NCBI RefSeq assembly: GCF_964355755.1
Contig: NC_092676.1
Span: 13,534,871-13,598,870 of the forward strand
DNA length: 64,000 nt
Direction of reading: 5' to 3'
DNA from: Antedon mediterranea
Lineage: Eukaryota; Animalia; Echinodermata
The notes under the pieces were generated by a model. The model worked only from the letters and a program-made list of their open reading frames with translations. It did not search any database and was not told the DNA's origin. Positions 59,395 to 64,000 of the stretch are shown here, piece after piece. Every line of letters begins with the position of its first letter. Position 1 is the first letter of the stretch. Made by a program: the position numbers and the translations under genes.

Positions 59395-62300
59395 TTAGGT
59401 GATCATTTAGAATAAAATGATCACCTATTGTTATTGTATAAAATCTTTATTGGTTAACCTCTTGTGATTGTACGAAATCATCAACATCAACTTTTTATTA
59501 GTTATCCGCATTCAGCGGATAACTCCTTGTAACTGTCCTGTTACTTTTTGGTTATCCGCAACGAAGTTGCAGGATAACCTCTTGTGATTGTACGAAATCA
59601 TTCTGTATGATTTTTGTGTAACGCTTTTCTCTAAAACTCGCAAACATAACATTTCGGTAACTATCTTAACATATTGACATTTACGTAACGTCGTCAAACA
59701 AAGCTTTTCATGACGTTTACAATTGCGCAACGTGACTTACGCGCGATTTAACGATTTTGTCGTATTTAACATAGCTCGACAACCAAATAACATTTCAACT
59801 TGAAACTTTGCAAAAGTTTAATTTATATCATGCGCTAACTTTCTGTTGAAAAAAATTGCGTGTTTTACACAAAGTTACGCGCGCACGCGCATTTAAAATT
59901 TCAAAATGCGCAAAATTAATTTATAATCAACTTTCTACGCGTTTCATGTCGTTTTAAGCATGTCAAAAATTCCCAGGCGCGTGCAAATTTTTACGCGCGC
60001 GGAGCACACGTACCGTTAAAAACAGATTTTTTCGCGTGATTTATGTTTTTTCACCTTTTCTAGTAATTTTACCAACTTTTAAACAATTTCGACTTCAAAT
60101 TACGTCATACGGGCACGTCGAATTGGATAATTTATGTGCGTTTTTGATGAAAAAGTTCAAAAATTTGTCAAAATTTGTCAAAATTATACCTTTTTTTAAA
60201 CAGTCGGAGTTTCTAAACTAAACGGTAAAAGTTATTTTTATTACGTATTTTGGAAGATGATGAGTTGTAGATCATGTATCATGCATCAATACGGCTTACC
60301 GGACATTGTGTAAGGTGTTTTTCTCTTGAATTATGATTTTACAGCCTTTCTTAGTCATTTTAAAAAAGATTGACATCATTTCAAATTAAAATGACGTCAT
60401 ATGAACACGTTGATTGAGACCATTTGCTCGCGTTTTTGTTGAAAAAGTTATAAAATATTGTCAAAATAATGCCTATTTTGAATCTATTATAGCTCTTGAG
60501 GATCAAAGGTGACCTCAATTTTTTAAAACTTATTATGCAAGAAGATAAATTGTAGATATAAATTCATGCACAATTTTTACCTCTCGGATGTTATGACGTC
60601 ATCGGATGGCCACACGAATGTATAATATAGGATTTTTGTCTCTTTCGTTATTGCTCATCACTTTCAATAGAGCGCATCTCGCTTATCTGTATTCCATTTC
60701 CTCCAAGATTTTAATATTATCTAGGTCAATCAACTATCTTTCACATGAGTTAAAAATATTTTAATTGTTATGACGTCATCATGCATAAAAATTTTAATTA
60801 ACAGGGTCATTAATTTCATCTTTACATTAAATTTTAATCTGTTATAGCTCGTACGAATAAAATGTGATAATCACGATTAAAACGTTTTCAGGAAACTATG
60901 GGATTGTAGATACTAAATCATGTGAACTTTTCGCCAATTAGATATTGTGACGTCATCATATGGCCAGTTAAATAAACAAAGTCGTATTTTCATCTTTTGC
61001 GTCATAGTTCATTACATTTAAAAGAGCGCGCATCAATATTACATGTATTCAAATTTCTTCTAAACGTTAATATGTTGTTGCTGAGATAATTTCCTTCCGA
61101 AATTACTACCTTCGCGTTTCATTTTGAAACCGTCAACATGTTAAAAATTGGAATAAAATACGGGTCCTCTAATTTCACCTATTTTACACTGTCGGTGATA
61201 TGTATACAGATTATACTGTGTATACTATATGACACAAAATATACAGCATTCAGCACTAACAACACATCATATTCTTCAGTTCAGGTAATAATGCCATAAT
61301 CTTTTTCTGTGTGCAAAATTCCAACGTATGACGTGCGCGTGGCGTTTGTCGAGCGGATAACTAACTCGTCAAAGTGACGAGTTTCATGTCTAGTTTTTCT
61401 TTCTTTCTCCTCTATTTTTGTGTCTCGCGTATCTCAAAAACGTGTAAACATAACATGTTATAACTTTGTCAGCATGAGGGCATTCAGGTGAAGTTGTGCA
61501 CCTCCTATTTTTGAATGACGTCAGAGTTGCGCAACATGACTTACGCGCGTTTTTACGAATTTCGCCTATTTAACATAGATTGAAAACCATATAGCAATTT
61601 AAATTGAAACTTAACGAAAGTTTAATTGATATCTTGCGGTAACAGAATGTGAAAAAAAAATGACATGTTTCACAGGAAGTTACGCGCGCACGCGCGTTTA
61701 AAATTTCAAAATGCGAAAAATCAATTTCTAATCAACTTTCTACGCGTTTCATGTCATTTTGAGCATGTAAAAAATTCCCACGTGCGCGCATTTTTTTACG
61801 CGCGCGGTGGGCACGTAGCGTTGAAAACCATTTTTTTCGCGTGATTTATGTTTTTCTAGCCTTTTCTAGTAATTTTACCAACTTTTGAACAATTTAGACA
61901 TAAAATTACGTCATACGGGCACGTCGAATTGGATAATTTACGTGCATTTTTTATGAAAAAGTTCAAAAAATCGTCAAAATTTGTCAAAATTATGCCTTTT
62001 TTTAAACAGTCATAGTTCCTAAACTAAACGGTGAAAGTTATTTTTATTGCATATTCTGAAAGTTGATGAGTTGTAGATTTTGGATCATGCATTAATATGG
62101 CTAACCGGACATTGTGACGTCACCGTATGGCCACGCGAATATAAAATATAGGATTTTTGTATCTTTCATCATAGCGCATGACATTTAATAGAGCGCATCT
62201 CCAATTATCTGTTTTCCATTTTTACCCCGATTTTTATATTATGTAGGTCAATCAACTATCTTTCGTATGAGTTAAAAATATTTTAATTTTTATGACGTCA

Positions 62301-64000
62301 TCATGTCTAGAAATGTAAATAACGTGGATCACTTATTTTTGTCTTTACAGTAAATTTTAATCTGTTATAGCTCGTCAGAATAAAACGTGATAATCATGAT
62401 TAAAACGTTTTCTGGAAGCTATTGGATTGTAGATACGAATTTATGTAAACATTTTGCCAATCGGATCTTGTGACGTCATCATATGGCCAGTTGAATAAAA
62501 AAAGTCGTATTTTCATATTTTGCGTCATAGTTCATTATATTTAAAAGAGCGCGCATCAATATTAAACGTATTCAAATTTCTTCTACACGTTAATATGTTG
62601 TTGCTGAGATAATTTCCTTCCGAAATTGCTATCTTAGTGTTACAAATTTGAATAAATGGCGGGTCCCGTAATTTCATCTCTTCTACACTGTATGTAACAT
62701 GTATACAGATTATACTGTTTGCATGTATATACTATATGACACAAAATTGACAGAATTCAGCACTAACAACATATCATATTCTTCAGATCAGGTCATAATG
62801 CCATAATTTTTTTCTGTGTGCAATATTCTAACGTATGACGTGCACGTGGCGTTTGTCGTGGTGCGGATAACTAACTCGTCAATGTGACGAGTTTCATGTC
62901 TAGTTAGTTATCCGCTCATGGCGGATAACTCCTTGTAACTGTCCTGTTTCATCATCTTTTTTTTTCTGTATTCTTCTTTCTTTCTGTCATTTTTGTGCAG
63001 AGCGTATCTCTAAAACCTGTAAAGTTAACATTTCATAACTTTGTCAACATATGGGCATTCACGTGAAGTTGTGCTTTCCTATTTTTGAATGATGTCAGAG
63101 TTGCGCAACATGACTTATGCGCGTTTTTATGAATTTCGCGTATTTAACATAGATCGAAAACCATAAAACAATTTAAATTGAAACTTAGCAAAAGTATAAT
63201 TTTTATCTTGCGCTAACTGTCTGTGGAAAAAAAATGGCATGTTTCACATAAAGTTACGCGCGCACGCACGTTTAAAATTTGAAAATGCGAAAATTCAATT
63301 TCTAATCAACTTTCTATGCGTTTCATGTCATTTTAAGCATGTCAAAAATTCCCAGGCGCGCGCAATTTTTTTACGTACGCGTGCGCACGTAGCGCAAAAA
63401 CACTTTTTTTTCGCGTGATTTATGTTTTTCCAGCCTTTTCTAGTAATTTTACAAACTTTTAAACAATTTCGACTTAAAATCACGTCATACGGGCACGTAG
63501 AATTGGATAATTTTCGCGAGTTTTTGATGAAAAAGTAAAAAAAATCGTCAAAATTTGTCAAAATTATGCCTTTTTTTAAACAGTCGTAATTTCTAAACTG
63601 GACGGTCAATTTTTTGTGGATGACATATTCTTGAAGTTGATGAGTTATAGATATCGGATCATGTATTAATATGGCTAACCGGACATTGTGACGTCATCGT
63701 ATGGCCACGCGAATATAAAATTTAAGATTTTTATATCTTTCGTCGTAGCCCATCACATTTAATAGAGCGCATCTCTACTTATCCGTTTTCCATTTTCACC
63801 CCGATTTTGATATTGTCTAGATCAATCAACTATCTTTGGCATGAGTTAAAAATATTTTAATTTTTATTACGTCATCATGTCTAAAAACGTTAATAACGTG
63901 GGTCAATTATTTTCATCTTTACAGTAAATTTCAATCTGTTATAGCTCGTCAGAATAAAACGTGATAATCATGATTAAAACGTTTTCTGGAAGCTATTGGA
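59395..64000 (+). mobile_element. Cluster of nested Helentron-type elements (TTATCCGC family plus one GGTGATCA 5' end)
   Basis: 5' palindromes at 59395, ~59451 (collapsed), 59498, 59548 and 62904. 3' ends GCGGATAAC-CTCGTCAAAGTGACGAG-CTAGTT at 61353-61395 and 62863-62905. Bodies are mutually homologous. Confidence 0.82.

Overview
AT-rich animal genomic DNA (inferred: marine invertebrate) made up almost entirely of nested transposable elements. One host gene is visible: the first two coding exons of an EXD2-like 3'-5' exonuclease (36563-36802, 37884-38050, +). Everything after 38050 appears to lie in its next intron. Main elements from left to right: (1) the 3' part of a Penelope-like retroelement, split by two Helentron-type non-autonomous insertions and ending in a minimal hammerhead ribozyme; (2) a near full-length CR1 LINE whose PHD-finger ORF1 is fused in frame to an inserted 5'-truncated RTE-X-like LINE, giving a 1205-aa chimeric ORF; (3) hAT, MULE-like, Academ, Harbinger and Kolobok-like non-autonomous DNA elements, most with readable TSDs; (4) a ~5-kb foldback palindrome; (5) a five-level nest of satellite foldback > Gypsy (tRNA-Trp PBS) > satellite TIR element > Gypsy (tRNA-Ser PBS) > hAT-like element, which includes an 833-bp locally templated insertion; (6) a stack of self-nesting Helentron-type elements at the right edge. 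Several small elements carry internal tRNA-like Pol III cassettes in architectures that are not those of SINEs. All calls come from reading motifs by eye; no database search was run.
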